From IMG/VR virus record IMGVR_UViG_3300005337_000001, positions 32,001 to 96,000 of that record: a DNA stretch of 64,000 nt; one strand, given 5' to 3'. The DNA is from a virus. Made by a program: the position numbers and the translations under genes. This document shows, one piece after another, positions 26,718-35,136 of this stretch. The notes beneath the pieces were generated by a model. The model ran no database searches, was not told the origin of the DNA, and worked only from the letters and a program-made list of their open reading frames with translations. Numbering within the stretch: the stretch's first letter is position 1; every line of letters begins with the position of its first letter.

Positions 26718-27553
26718 TTGTCTTTGTCCTCGTTGAACTTCCTGGGATTGAATGCGATACCAGGCACTACATTGGGGTTGTTCTTGTCGTCTTCGTACAC
26801 GTAGCGCGTGGCCGCGCCCTTCTGCTCGATACGTTCGAAATTGCCGCACCGCCCGCATTCGAACAGTGTGGTCTTCGGCTCGCCCGAATCGTCTTCGAAC
26901 AGCTCCTCAAGTGAAACCTCTCGCACCACGGCAAGCTCTTCCGTCTTGGTCGCCGCCCAGCTATCGCAGCGTGGGCACTCGACACCAGGTACCTGCCAGT
27001 TCTGCGCCAGGAAGGCCTCGAGCTGAGTTAGGTCACTGGTGTCGTAGCGCCTCACGATCTCGGGCTTGGGCATGCGCCGCACCTGCTCAGCCGTGGTCTC
27101 GAAGCGCAGGTTCGCACGCACGTGCGCGTAGCGCTCTTCGTGCGCATTGAGCAGGAAGTCCACGACCTCGCCTTGCTCCAAGACCCAGGCCATGGCCGTC
27201 TCGATGCCACGCTCGACGTGCTCGTTGGCCATGCTCTTCAAGTTGATGAGCGCAGCTTCATCGTCGGTGAGCTCACTACCTATCGCCTGGGTCAACAGCC
27301 AGATGGGAGCCTCGCTGAAGCCCATGAACTTGGGGCTGCTGAGAAACTGCATGGCCTTGGAGTAAGCCACGCGCAGCAGGGTCGTATACGAGTCGACACC
27401 GTCATCGCCTCCCTTGGGTCGCGTCCCGATGCAGATAGGGAACCGACTGCAGCCGTAGAACTCGCCCTTCTTACCCACGCGCTCCATCATGGGCACGCCG
27501 CATTCCGGGCATCGCACATGCTGAAGCAGCGTTCTCTCACGCCATTTTTTCAA
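26714..27553 (-). CDS. protein with N-terminal topoisomerase-type C4 Zn finger and C-terminal Zn ribbon
   Basis: CPECG..M..R.GK.G.FYGCSRFP.C; CPRC...CGRC; SD AGGAGG before TTG 27553. Confidence 0.7.
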   Translation of the reverse strand: MKKWRERTLLQHVRCPECGVPMMERVGKKGEFYGCSRFPICIGTRPKGGDDGVDSYTTLLRVAYSKAMQFLSSPKFMGFSEAPIWLLTQAIGSELTDDEAALINLKSMANEHVERGIETAMAWVLEQGEVVDFLLNAHEERYAHVRANLRFETTAEQVRRMPKPEIVRRYDTSDLTQLEAFLAQNWQVPGVECPRCDSWAATKTEELAVVREVSLEELFEDDSGEPKTTLFECGRCGNFERIEQKGAATRYVYEDDKNNPNVVPGIAFNPRKFNEDKDK

Positions 27554-27561
27554 CTTGCCTC

Positions 27562-27972
27562 CTAGCAGTTTGCGTCGACGAGCACACCGCACTCATCACA
27601 GCAGCGATCGAGCGCTTCCTTGGCATCACTCCAAAGCGTTGTCATAAAGCCGCTCAGGTACGGCAGGTCAGGGTAGTTACTAGCGTTGGCTTGTACAACC
27701 AACGGTGCGTTGGTCTGCGCTGACAGCGCGATCTCCATACTACGTGCAGTGCAATGCTGGCGATGGCAACGCCAACACACGACGCAGCCGTTGCTGAACG
27801 TGTAGCCGATGAGCAGGTGCACAGCCTCTGACAGCACTCCGCCCCAACGAATCTCACCGCAGTAGGTACATTCCCAACCGCTGTGGAACCGAGGGGGCGG
27901 GTTCACTTCGACGCACTGCGCGTGCGTCTTGCAATTCTGACAGGGGCTGACGGGCTTGACCCGTCGAGTCAT
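27562..27972 (-). CDS. multi-CxxC Zn-binding protein
   Basis: several CxxC pairs. Confidence 0.6.
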   Translation of the reverse strand: MTRRVKPVSPCQNCKTHAQCVEVNPPPRFHSGWECTYCGEIRWGGVLSEAVHLLIGYTFSNGCVVCWRCHRQHCTARSMEIALSAQTNAPLVVQANASNYPDLPYLSGFMTTLWSDAKEALDRCCDECGVLVDANC

Positions 27973-28280
27973 GGACTGCAGCAGGGCGCTGGCATGTGCT
28001 CTTGCTCGAGCTCGATGGCGCGCTCTACGAGCTGAGTCGCCAAGCCTTCGGGCTGGTGAAACGCGTCGAGGGCATCGAGCAGCTGCACGTGCGGAAGAAG
28101 CTCTTGGTAGAGCTCCACGGCTTTGTCGTGTTCGCCACGAGCTTTCGCTTCTGTTGCGTCGTCCTGAAGCTTGATAGCTGTGGCCATCAAGTCGTCCAAG
28201 GCGATGAAGCCACCCCGGAAAGGAATGAGCCCTCGCCCAACAGCTCCAGCGTCATCGAGCATACGATCATCACCAGCCAT
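27969..28280 (-). CDS. helical hypothetical protein
   Basis: SD AGGTG; TPR-like helix pair. Confidence 0.6.
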   Translation of the reverse strand: MAGDDRMLDDAGAVGRGLIPFRGGFIALDDLMATAIKLQDDATEAKARGEHDKAVELYQELLPHVQLLDALDAFHQPEGLATQLVERAIELEQEHMPAPCCSP

Positions 28281-28372
28281 GCGACACCTATCACTATCTT
28301 TAGTGCGTTGTTCATACGAGCCTTTTCCTCCGCACCGTTGAAGAGAGGCTCGCCCTTTTCGGGAAACCTCAC
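28187..28372 (-). CDS. small membrane protein (3' end uncertain)
   Basis: ATGA overlap; TM segment; long overlap with next gene. Confidence 0.4.
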   Translation of the reverse strand: MRFPEKGEPLFNGAEEKARMNNALKIVIGVAWLVMIVCSMTLELLGEGSFLSGVASSPWTT

Positions 28373-28587
28373 TCCGACGAGTCGTCTTCAGGTGGCTGCT
28401 CTATCAGCAAATCAGCTGGTAGCGCAGGTGCCCGCAGTGCAGGCAAGCCGGAGATCTCCGGCGGTGGATTGGATGAAACGGGAGACAACGGCGGGACCGG
28501 CCATGTTGAATGATCTTCAGGCAGGTCCGGCATGGGCTGGCTCACCAGCGTCTTGTCGTTCTCCTCGTTAGCCTTTGGGATTGTCAT
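28369..28587 (-). CDS. Pro-rich small protein
   Basis: tiled ORF. Confidence 0.45.
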   Translation of the reverse strand: MTIPKANEENDKTLVSQPMPDLPEDHSTWPVPPLSPVSSNPPPEISGLPALRAPALPADLLIEQPPEDDSSE

Positions 28588-28858
28588 CGATCCCCTTGAT
28601 CTCGTACTGCTCGGACATCTCGGCGGCCTGCCTCATCAGCTCCTCGGCGTTCTTGTGGCCCATCACCTTGCGGTAGTTGCCAATGATGCCTTTGAGCACG
28701 AGCCTGATGGCGGTCAGCTGAACCATCGTGGAATCGACTTCCAGGTTCAGCACTTCCATGATTTTGTTCACGAGCAGAAGAACGCGGTCTTCGGGAACGT
28801 CCTCGGACGGTTTTTTTAGCTGCCACTGCTGTGGCTTCGGGTCGAGAACTTTGCCCAT
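28568..28858 (-). CDS. hypothetical protein, probably leaderless
   Basis: ATG 6 nt after ATAAGA box. Confidence 0.7.
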   Translation of the reverse strand: MGKVLDPKPQQWQLKKPSEDVPEDRVLLLVNKIMEVLNLEVDSTMVQLTAIRLVLKGIIGNYRKVMGHKNAEELMRQAAEMSEQYEIKGIDDNPKG

Positions 28859-28864
28859 CGTCGT

Positions 28865-28892
28865 TCTTATACCTCCGAACACGGAGCGTATT
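28865..28892 (-). promoter_or_regulatory. phage promoter motif (variant AATA-N18-ATAAGA)
   Basis: divergent partner of the 28989 copy. Confidence 0.5.
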
Positions 28893-28988
28893 ACGCCCGC
28901 CGCTCAGAGCAACGTGAAGGGATGTCCAGTGGTGCATCAAGCGCGAGGGATCAGTGTGCCTCCGCCAGCAAACGAAAGGGAAGCGCGG

Positions 28989-29026
28989 CAAACACTTGGC
29001 CAAATCGGGCATAAGAGTAGAGAAGG
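28989..29026 (+). promoter_or_regulatory. phage promoter motif CAAA-N18-ATAAGA-N5-GAAGG
   Basis: exact motif; GAAGGAGG doubles as SD of the 29039 gene. Confidence 0.65.
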
Positions 29027-29038
29027 AGGAACTACAAC

Positions 29039-29530
29039 ATGATCCAACTACGAGGAATGGACGACAACAAGGAAGTGGTCGAGGTGGCTGACGACACCGT
29101 GTGCCACCTCATCGACGGCTTGCACTACACGGACACCAAAGAAGTGCGCCGCATTGGAGCGAAGACGACGCTTCAAGAGCTGCGCGCGTTCGAGATTGTG
29201 GAAGTCGACACGGGCTTGGACGACGACGAGCAGCCCCGCATCATGGCCATCATGCCAAGAAGCAGGAGCGGGGTAGCAGCACTGGTCGCCTCACTGGCGC
29301 TGATGCTGCTCTCTGGCTGCGGTAGTGGAGCGACGTACCACTACAGCTACACTTGCTTCGGTAACGGATGTGCGACGCCGGTGCAAATGTTCGGAGCCAT
29401 GTACCCGCACGTGCTGCCTCAACAGGCGCGCGTCGTGTACGTGAACCGACCGGTTGAGCTGCGTGTGCACAATGATGGGGCTTCAGAGATTCAAAGAAGG
29501 GCGGCGATGCCGCGAAGGAGAGAGCGATGA
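29039..29530 (+). CDS. putative lipoprotein with N-terminal acidic cytoplasmic extension
   Basis: internal signal MPRSRSGVAALVASLALMLLSGC with lipobox LSGC. Confidence 0.65.
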   Translation: MIQLRGMDDNKEVVEVADDTVCHLIDGLHYTDTKEVRRIGAKTTLQELRAFEIVEVDTGLDDDEQPRIMAIMPRSRSGVAALVASLALMLLSGCGSGATYHYSYTCFGNGCATPVQMFGAMYPHVLPQQARVVYVNRPVELRVHNDGASEIQRRAAMPRRRER

Positions 29531-30279
29531 AAAACTACAAGATTCTGAGTATGTTTGTACTGACAATAGTGTTCGTGGCTTGTGGCGGCGCAGAGGTTTC
29601 ACTCGCGCCGTCTGCCAAGGCTGATGAGCCTGCCACCGCAGGTACTGCAGGCCAGGCAGCAAATGCCGGCGGCTCGAGTAGCAACAGCTGCGCGTGCCAG
29701 CCTGGCGCCAAGGGAGACCAAGGCGATCAGGGACCGGCTGGGCCGCAGGGATCCCCGGGTAAAGACGGCATTTCTGCGGTGTGCGTGAACGACTTGAACA
29801 GCTGCCCGCCCGGCGTCCCCGGCGCTAAGGGTGATGCCGGACCTGCAGGCCCCCAAGGCCCACGAGGCGAGGCTGGCCTAGACGGGCTCGACGGCAAGAA
29901 CGGTGCGGTTGGACCAGCGGGGCCGCAAGGCGCCGTGGGTCCTGCCGGTGCTCCGGGTGCAGCTGGTCAACAAGGACCAGCTGGGCCTGCTGGACCTGCG
30001 GGCGCCAAGGGCGCTGATGGTAAGGACGGCATCTCGCTTACCAAAGGCAACCTGTACGTGCGCAGCACCAATCTCACGGCCAGCGTCGCCATCGCGTACT
30101 GCGATGACGAGAACGACATCGCGCTCTCAGGCTCCTGCGGCGGGCAGGGGATCTTCTGGGGCTCGATCGGCGTGTACCAACCCACGGACGAGAACACCAA
30201 GTCCGGATGGGAATGCAGGAGCTCCAACATAGGCGGCAACCCCGTGACTGCCACGGTCGTCTGTGTGGGTGTTCCATGA
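29527..30279 (+). CDS. collagen-like lipoprotein
   Basis: signal peptide ending FVAC-GG; two G-X-Y triplet runs; Cys-rich C-terminal domain. Confidence 0.8.
   Translation: MKNYKILSMFVLTIVFVACGGAEVSLAPSAKADEPATAGTAGQAANAGGSSSNSCACQPGAKGDQGDQGPAGPQGSPGKDGISAVCVNDLNSCPPGVPGAKGDAGPAGPQGPRGEAGLDGLDGKNGAVGPAGPQGAVGPAGAPGAAGQQGPAGPAGPAGAKGADGKDGISLTKGNLYVRSTNLTASVAIAYCDDENDIALSGSCGGQGIFWGSIGVYQPTDENTKSGWECRSSNIGGNPVTATVVCVGVP
29700..30029 (+). repeat. collagen G-X-Y coding repeat
   Basis: GAKGDQGDQGPAGPQG... triplets. Confidence 0.85.
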
Positions 30280-30629
30280 CTGCCAAGAAAGCAGAGGAAG
30301 GAGAATTCTGGATCGAGTTTGCTCCACCGTTCACGAGCAAGCTCGACAAGCTGAAAGAGTTCGTAGATGAGCACGACCAACTCGGCGGGCTCGACAAGAA
30401 ATTCCTGCGTCAGGTGCTCGGAGAGATCGAAGCTAGCAACCTCCGAGTCACCCACTTCAAAGCTGGCATCAAGAAAGTGGACAACGAGAAGCACACGCAG
30501 GTGTGGACCACAGCGTTCGTCATCAACAATGTGAAGGAGTTCAAAGGCGAAGCCGTAGACTTCGCCGATGCGTTCCTGGCCATGGCCGAGAACTTCGAGA
30601 GCTTCATCGACCAAGCAAGCGCGAATTGA
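30276..30629 (+). CDS. hypothetical protein
   Basis: ATGA overlap with collagen gene stop. Confidence 0.7.
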   Translation: MTAKKAEEGEFWIEFAPPFTSKLDKLKEFVDEHDQLGGLDKKFLRQVLGEIEASNLRVTHFKAGIKKVDNEKHTQVWTTAFVINNVKEFKGEAVDFADAFLAMAENFESFIDQASAN

Positions 30630-30662
30630 GAAGGGTACGGGGTCAAGCCCCGGCCTTCTTTT
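30629..30662. terminator. probable bidirectional intrinsic terminator
   Basis: AGAAGG..CGGGG-TCAAG-CCCCG..CCTTCT then TTT, between convergent genes. Confidence 0.65.
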
Positions 30663-31425
30663 AGCCCTCTGCTGCGAACATCGGGTCGTATGATGTGATG
30701 CTGCTCACGTCGACGTCGAACACGTTCAAGTCGTCGCTGTGCATGACCTCGTCAGCGCTCGCTTTGTGCTTGCGCTTCTCTGCAGGTCGACCAGCTCCCA
30801 TGATGTCGCGCTCGGTGAGCGTGCGGATGCGCTTGCGCACTTGATTCACGTCGAGCTCGAGCGCATCGCAGATCGCAACGAAGCCGGTGAGCTCCTTGTC
30901 GTTGAACTCGCGCTGCTTCCACGCCGACGTGCCTTCCTCTTCCACGAAGAGCCAGTGGTACGCGTTGTCGGCCAGCATGCGATTGGCCAGCTTCGAGCTC
31001 GTACGGTAGAGCACCCAGTCGTAGCTGGCGCGCCTGATGATTTCCAGTAGGAGTGCACGGCAGGAGCTCGACTCGAGCAGAGGGTCCGAGTCCAAGCTGT
31101 ACGGCCGCTCGTCGGGGTCCCAGGCGCTGCGCAGGTCCAGGCCGTTGAGGTCTGGCGGCGCCGGCAGCTGCCCCGGCGCCAAGGCCTGGAGGGTGGGCTT
31201 GCGCGCCCGCCGACGCTTGCGTGGACGCCGCGCACGCTGCGGCTGAGGCTCGTCGCCGAGGAGCGACGAAAGCCGCTCGAGCGGGCCCGTTATGGTCTGG
31301 TAAATAAATTCCTCGGACACGTACACGTCCGACGACGCGTCAGACGCACGTCCGGCCTGGTACATCGCGGCGGCCCCCGCGGATACCTCCCGGAGGGCCA
31401 GCTGAAGCTGGCTGTTGTCGAGCAT
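30661..31425 (-). CDS. conserved phage protein, putative transcription regulator
   Basis: LL.EII.RA..D...AY.WLF...F..ICDAL.LD...VR pattern common in phage proteins. Confidence 0.6.
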   Translation of the reverse strand: MLDNSQLQLALREVSAGAAAMYQAGRASDASSDVYVSEEFIYQTITGPLERLSSLLGDEPQPQRARRPRKRRRARKPTLQALAPGQLPAPPDLNGLDLRSAWDPDERPYSLDSDPLLESSSCRALLLEIIRRASYDWVLYRTSSKLANRMLADNAYHWLFVEEEGTSAWKQREFNDKELTGFVAICDALELDVNQVRKRIRTLTERDIMGAGRPAEKRKHKASADEVMHSDDLNVFDVDVSSITSYDPMFAAEG

Positions 31426-31427
31426 GG

Positions 31428-32333
31428 CTAACCTACTGAGATGGCGGCTGGCACGTCCCCAAGTACCGGTGTGTTTGGGATGCGAATGATCGAGCGGTCG
31501 GCACGCAAGGCTTGGAGCTCGGCGGTGCCGACGCCAATGCCGCGCAGCACGAGCTTTGATGGCGTCACGTCGACAGCGGCGATGTTGGTGTCGCTGATGC
31601 GCCAGAGCACATCGACGAGCGCGGTGCCAGGCAGCTCTCGCCCCGACGACGCCCACACTGTAGGTATGATTTCGATTTCCGCCGAGGGGCCAAGGCCGAT
31701 GTTGTACGGGCCAGGCGGGTCCAGCGTGACGCGCTCGATAACCGGGAACAGCAGGTCCGGCAGATTGGAGCTCGGGTAGTCGGGGATGGTGATGCAACGC
31801 TGCTGATCTTCGAGACCTTCCACCGTCACGTCGTACTGACCAAAGCGCACGAGGTCGACTTCGAAGTAGCCGCGCTCGTCGGTGCGCCCATGCACACGCT
31901 CTTTGAGCATGGCGTCACCTTCGAACAGTAGCGGGTCGAACCGCGCAATGAAGTGGATGTCGTGGTTCGGAGCTACAGCGCCGTTGGGGTACAGGAAGAA
32001 GCCAGAGCAGCGGCATAGCCGCGGGTGCACAGCCTCTGGCGGCTTGTACACGTGCCCGGTGATGGGAAACTCGTTGGTCAGCGGAGCGACAGGGGCTTCG
32101 AGCACGCTGAAGTTCTGCACGGGGTAAAGCGAAAACTTTGTCTTGAAGAAACGCGCTTGGTAGCTCACTGGTGCTAGCAGGTTGAACAGCACCTTGCCGT
32201 CCGCATCGCTAGTGCCCTGCATGAGAAACGTGACGCCCGTGCTGTCGAAGACTCGAACCACCACACCGGGCACCGGCGTCTTAGCTGGATCGTCGTCGGT
32301 GCAGATGATGGTGACGAGCTCGAAAGACGACAT
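31428..32333 (-). CDS. virion structural protein with prealbumin/Ig-like folds
   Basis: PVPGVVVRVF..GTSDADG.V.F; RTDERGYFEVDL; C-terminal Ig-like (Big-2-like) segment. Confidence 0.6.
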   Translation of the reverse strand: MSSFELVTIICTDDDPAKTPVPGVVVRVFDSTGVTFLMQGTSDADGKVLFNLLAPVSYQARFFKTKFSLYPVQNFSVLEAPVAPLTNEFPITGHVYKPPEAVHPRLCRCSGFFLYPNGAVAPNHDIHFIARFDPLLFEGDAMLKERVHGRTDERGYFEVDLVRFGQYDVTVEGLEDQQRCITIPDYPSSNLPDLLFPVIERVTLDPPGPYNIGLGPSAEIEIIPTVWASSGRELPGTALVDVLWRISDTNIAAVDVTPSKLVLRGIGVGTAELQALRADRSIIRIPNTPVLGDVPAAISVG

Positions 32334-32764
32334 CAGGAATTCCTCCACTCCATAAGCGGGACCATCGGTGGAACCATATTGAGCGTGTCGCCAGCTGCCG
32401 GTACGTACGACATCTGCACGCGCTTCAAGCCATTGATGTTCAGAGCCAGGCGCATGCGCGCGCCGATGAGCCCGGCCTCGCGTAGGTACTGCTTTAGAGC
32501 CACGCCCGTGCGGTGCGGGACTCGAATCGTACGCAGCTGGCGCGCGACCATGAGCCGAATGATTAGGGTGGGGGGCGTCTCCGAGTCGTTCTGATCTTCG
32601 GCGTCCGAATTACCCATCGGCGCCGCTTGGACCTGCAAAGGGATGAACGTAACGCCGCTTGCCAGCGGAGTTGGTCGACCAACGCCTTTGGCCTCGAATT
32701 CGTCTCGAGAGACTTGTTCAGGCCACATCCCACCGGTTCTCGGAGAGCCCCCCATAGGTTGCAT
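32333..32764 (-). CDS. protein with C-terminal ThiS/MoaD-like beta-grasp domain
   Basis: ...ALKQYL..AGL...LALNING......V.AAGDTLNMVPP; no terminal GG. Confidence 0.5.
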   Translation of the reverse strand: MQPMGGSPRTGGMWPEQVSRDEFEAKGVGRPTPLASGVTFIPLQVQAAPMGNSDAEDQNDSETPPTLIIRLMVARQLRTIRVPHRTGVALKQYLREAGLIGARMRLALNINGLKRVQMSYVPAAGDTLNMVPPMVPLMEWRNS

Positions 32765-33798
32765 CAGAAACTCCTGCGCTCCATGGTCGGGATCTGGGGG
32801 ACGCGAGCGCGGAAGTAATCGTCTTGCGTAGCGAACTTGGCGTCGACTAGCAAGAAAGAAGTGACGGTCTGGTCTGTCGGGGTAACGATCTCCTTGGCGA
32901 GGTTGGTGCCAGCAATGGCCAGCGTGTACGTTTGCCCACGCACCAGCGTGAATTCAACGTGGCCGTTGACATCCGTCTTCCTCATCAAGTCCTGGCCAGC
33001 CACGAGCTTGCCGGAGATGAGCTGCCCAACGAAAGGCGAACGCAGTGAAACTTCGATGCCAATCACCGGTGTGCCGTCGAGCGCAATCAGGTCGAGGTAG
33101 CCGAGCACTACGCTGGTCGAGTCGATACCGACCGCCAAGCTGGCGCTGTAGGTCTGGCTGAACGCGCTGGCGGTGTTGGTGAAGCGATTGCGGAAGCGTG
33201 TCTTGTAGAAGAAGGTACTGGCGCCCGCTTTGTCGTTGAAGGTGTAGCGGTTGACGCCTACCAAAAGAGGGATGCGAGCTTCGGTACCGAACGCGAAGTC
33301 GTCGGGCGCTGTCGTAGGCAGGCCTAGAAAAGAAGCTGCGTCGCTGGCGATCACGCGGAGCGTGGCTCCAGTGCCAGGCTCCGCTGTCTCCACAACCAGC
33401 TTCACGTTTTCGTCCACCCAGGAGCGCAGAAGGCCGAGGCTCTGCGCTGCGATTTGAACAGCGGCTTGCGCCAAGGTGAGCGGGTCCGAGCCGGTGAACG
33501 TGATGGACACCGGAGTCTTCTCGTTGAGCAAGAACTCGAGTGTCAGCCCAACCACGTTCACGTCGGGCCCCGTTTCCGGTGAAGCCGGAGGATCGAGGCC
33601 CACTCGTGGTAGGCGCGCGCCGCGCCACACGTCGCCGGTCAGCTCTTCGTACGGTCCACTCTCCGTGCCCCGCGACCGCCACACTTCGATGGTGTCGAAG
33701 CGTCCGACGAAATCGCCGTCGAGGGCGGTGATGTTCAGCGTCACCACCTCGAAGGCTGTGGAGCTCAGCGGACCTGGAGGGCTGACCGTGAAAAACAT
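32764..33798 (-). CDS. virion structural protein
   Basis: beta-rich; AASFLGL and TDVNGHVEFTLVRG motifs. Confidence 0.6.
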   Translation of the reverse strand: MFFTVSPPGPLSSTAFEVVTLNITALDGDFVGRFDTIEVWRSRGTESGPYEELTGDVWRGARLPRVGLDPPASPETGPDVNVVGLTLEFLLNEKTPVSITFTGSDPLTLAQAAVQIAAQSLGLLRSWVDENVKLVVETAEPGTGATLRVIASDAASFLGLPTTAPDDFAFGTEARIPLLVGVNRYTFNDKAGASTFFYKTRFRNRFTNTASAFSQTYSASLAVGIDSTSVVLGYLDLIALDGTPVIGIEVSLRSPFVGQLISGKLVAGQDLMRKTDVNGHVEFTLVRGQTYTLAIAGTNLAKEIVTPTDQTVTSFLLVDAKFATQDDYFRARVPQIPTMERRSF

Positions 33799-33801
33799 GA
33801 A

Positions 33802-34197
33802 CTATCTTCGCACGAGAGGAACGCGTGGCACCAAGTAGCCGTCGTCGGTGACTTTGTTGGCGCGCATGTCGACCCCGTACTTCGCCCCGAGCTTAGTGAG
33901 AAGCTCGCTGGCTTCGAAGCCAATCTGGTTTGCCTCACCCTGCGATCGTTGAAGCTCCCTGGTGTACATGGTGACCTGGAGCTCCGCGTAACTGGCGCGA
34001 GACCCCAGCAGTTTGTACTCCAGAAGATCTTCCCTGTCGATCTTGATGGGCGCCGACGGCTCGGTGGGCGTGGACGCCTCTTGTGCGCCAAAAGCTGCTT
34101 CGGCCTGCTGTACGACGCGGTCGAGTTGATCCTCCATTCCCTGCGCCACTTCGGGACTCGGCGGCCCTCCACCCAATCTATTTTCTGAGCTTTCCAT
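33802..34197 (-). CDS. coiled-coil hypothetical protein
   Basis: tiled; VAQGMEDQL variant motif. Confidence 0.65.
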   Translation of the reverse strand: MESSENRLGGGPPSPEVAQGMEDQLDRVVQQAEAAFGAQEASTPTEPSAPIKIDREDLLEYKLLGSRASYAELQVTMYTRELQRSQGEANQIGFEASELLTKLGAKYGVDMRANKVTDDGYLVPRVPLVRR

Positions 34198-34199
34198 GG

Positions 34200-34415
34200 T
34201 TATCCTGTCAAGAATTCATCGATTTTGCCAACGACCAGACCCACTGACTGCTGCACCGAAGCTTGGGCCAGGCGGTCTGAACCCGTACGTCCGCGCAGAA
34301 TCTGTTTGTTTTGGTCAACCCTGTGGGTGAGCGTCTTACGTTGTGCGGCAGCGTACTGCTTTACAGCTTTCTCGAGCTCGTCGAGACGCGCATTCCTCTC
34401 GGCGGTTGTCGCCAT
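34200..34415 (-). CDS. small helical protein
   Basis: 71 aa; TAAGAT 6 nt upstream of ATG. Confidence 0.65.
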   Translation of the reverse strand: MATTAERNARLDELEKAVKQYAAAQRKTLTHRVDQNKQILRGRTGSDRLAQASVQQSVGLVVGKIDEFLTG

Positions 34416-35119
34416 CCCAAGATCTTACCCGGCTGGGTCTTGGTTTGCGACGGTTTTGATGAAGCGGTGCCGTTCATCCCGAACTTCGCAGCCACTTCTT
34501 GAACGTTTCGGTAGCTGAACCGATGAATCGGGCAGGGCCCCCACCGCTGTAGGCCCGCCATGTGCTGGTCGGTGCCGTAGCCCACGTTGGTGTGGAAGCC
34601 GTAGTTTTTGTACTCATCGGCTGCCAAGATCATGAGCTCGTCGCGGTCGGCCTTTGCCAGGATGCTCGCTGCGCTCACGGCTTTCACCAGGTTGTCGGCC
34701 TTGGGCATGCAGATGACGTTCTGCACGTCGGACGGCAATGAGCTGCCGTCCATGACTGCCAAAGCGTCTGGGTAGAGCACACGGCAAGCTTCAATCGTTT
34801 TACGAACAAGGTCGTCGCGCGCGCGGATCACCCCTATGTAATCGATGACCATGCTGCTGTGGTTCATGATGACGTGGAACGGAACCGCCGGCGGCAAGAG
34901 CACCTCTTTCACCAGACGTACGTGCTGCGGACGCTCGAGCTTCTTCGAGTCCATCACCTGCGGGTGGTTCCAATCTGCGTAGGCCACGGCCGCACACACA
35001 GTCACAGGACCTGCGATGCAGCCGTAACCCACTTCGTCGACGCCGATGATGAGCTGGTGCCCACGCTTTCGAATCTCAGCAAGCCCTCGCTCTTGTAGCT
35101 GCCGCGTTGTTGGTTGCAT
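34361..35119 (-). CDS. rnhB: ribonuclease HII
   Basis: GVDEVGYG..AGP, DSKKL, KAD, AASILAK..RD, GYGT..H, IHR.SY. Confidence 0.95.
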   Translation of the reverse strand: MQPTTRQLQERGLAEIRKRGHQLIIGVDEVGYGCIAGPVTVCAAVAYADWNHPQVMDSKKLERPQHVRLVKEVLLPPAVPFHVIMNHSSMVIDYIGVIRARDDLVRKTIEACRVLYPDALAVMDGSSLPSDVQNVICMPKADNLVKAVSAASILAKADRDELMILAADEYKNYGFHTNVGYGTDQHMAGLQRWGPCPIHRFSYRNVQEVAAKFGMNGTASSKPSQTKTQPGKILGWRQPPRGMRVSTSSRKL

Positions 35120-35136
35120 GAGCCTCCAGCTCGTCT

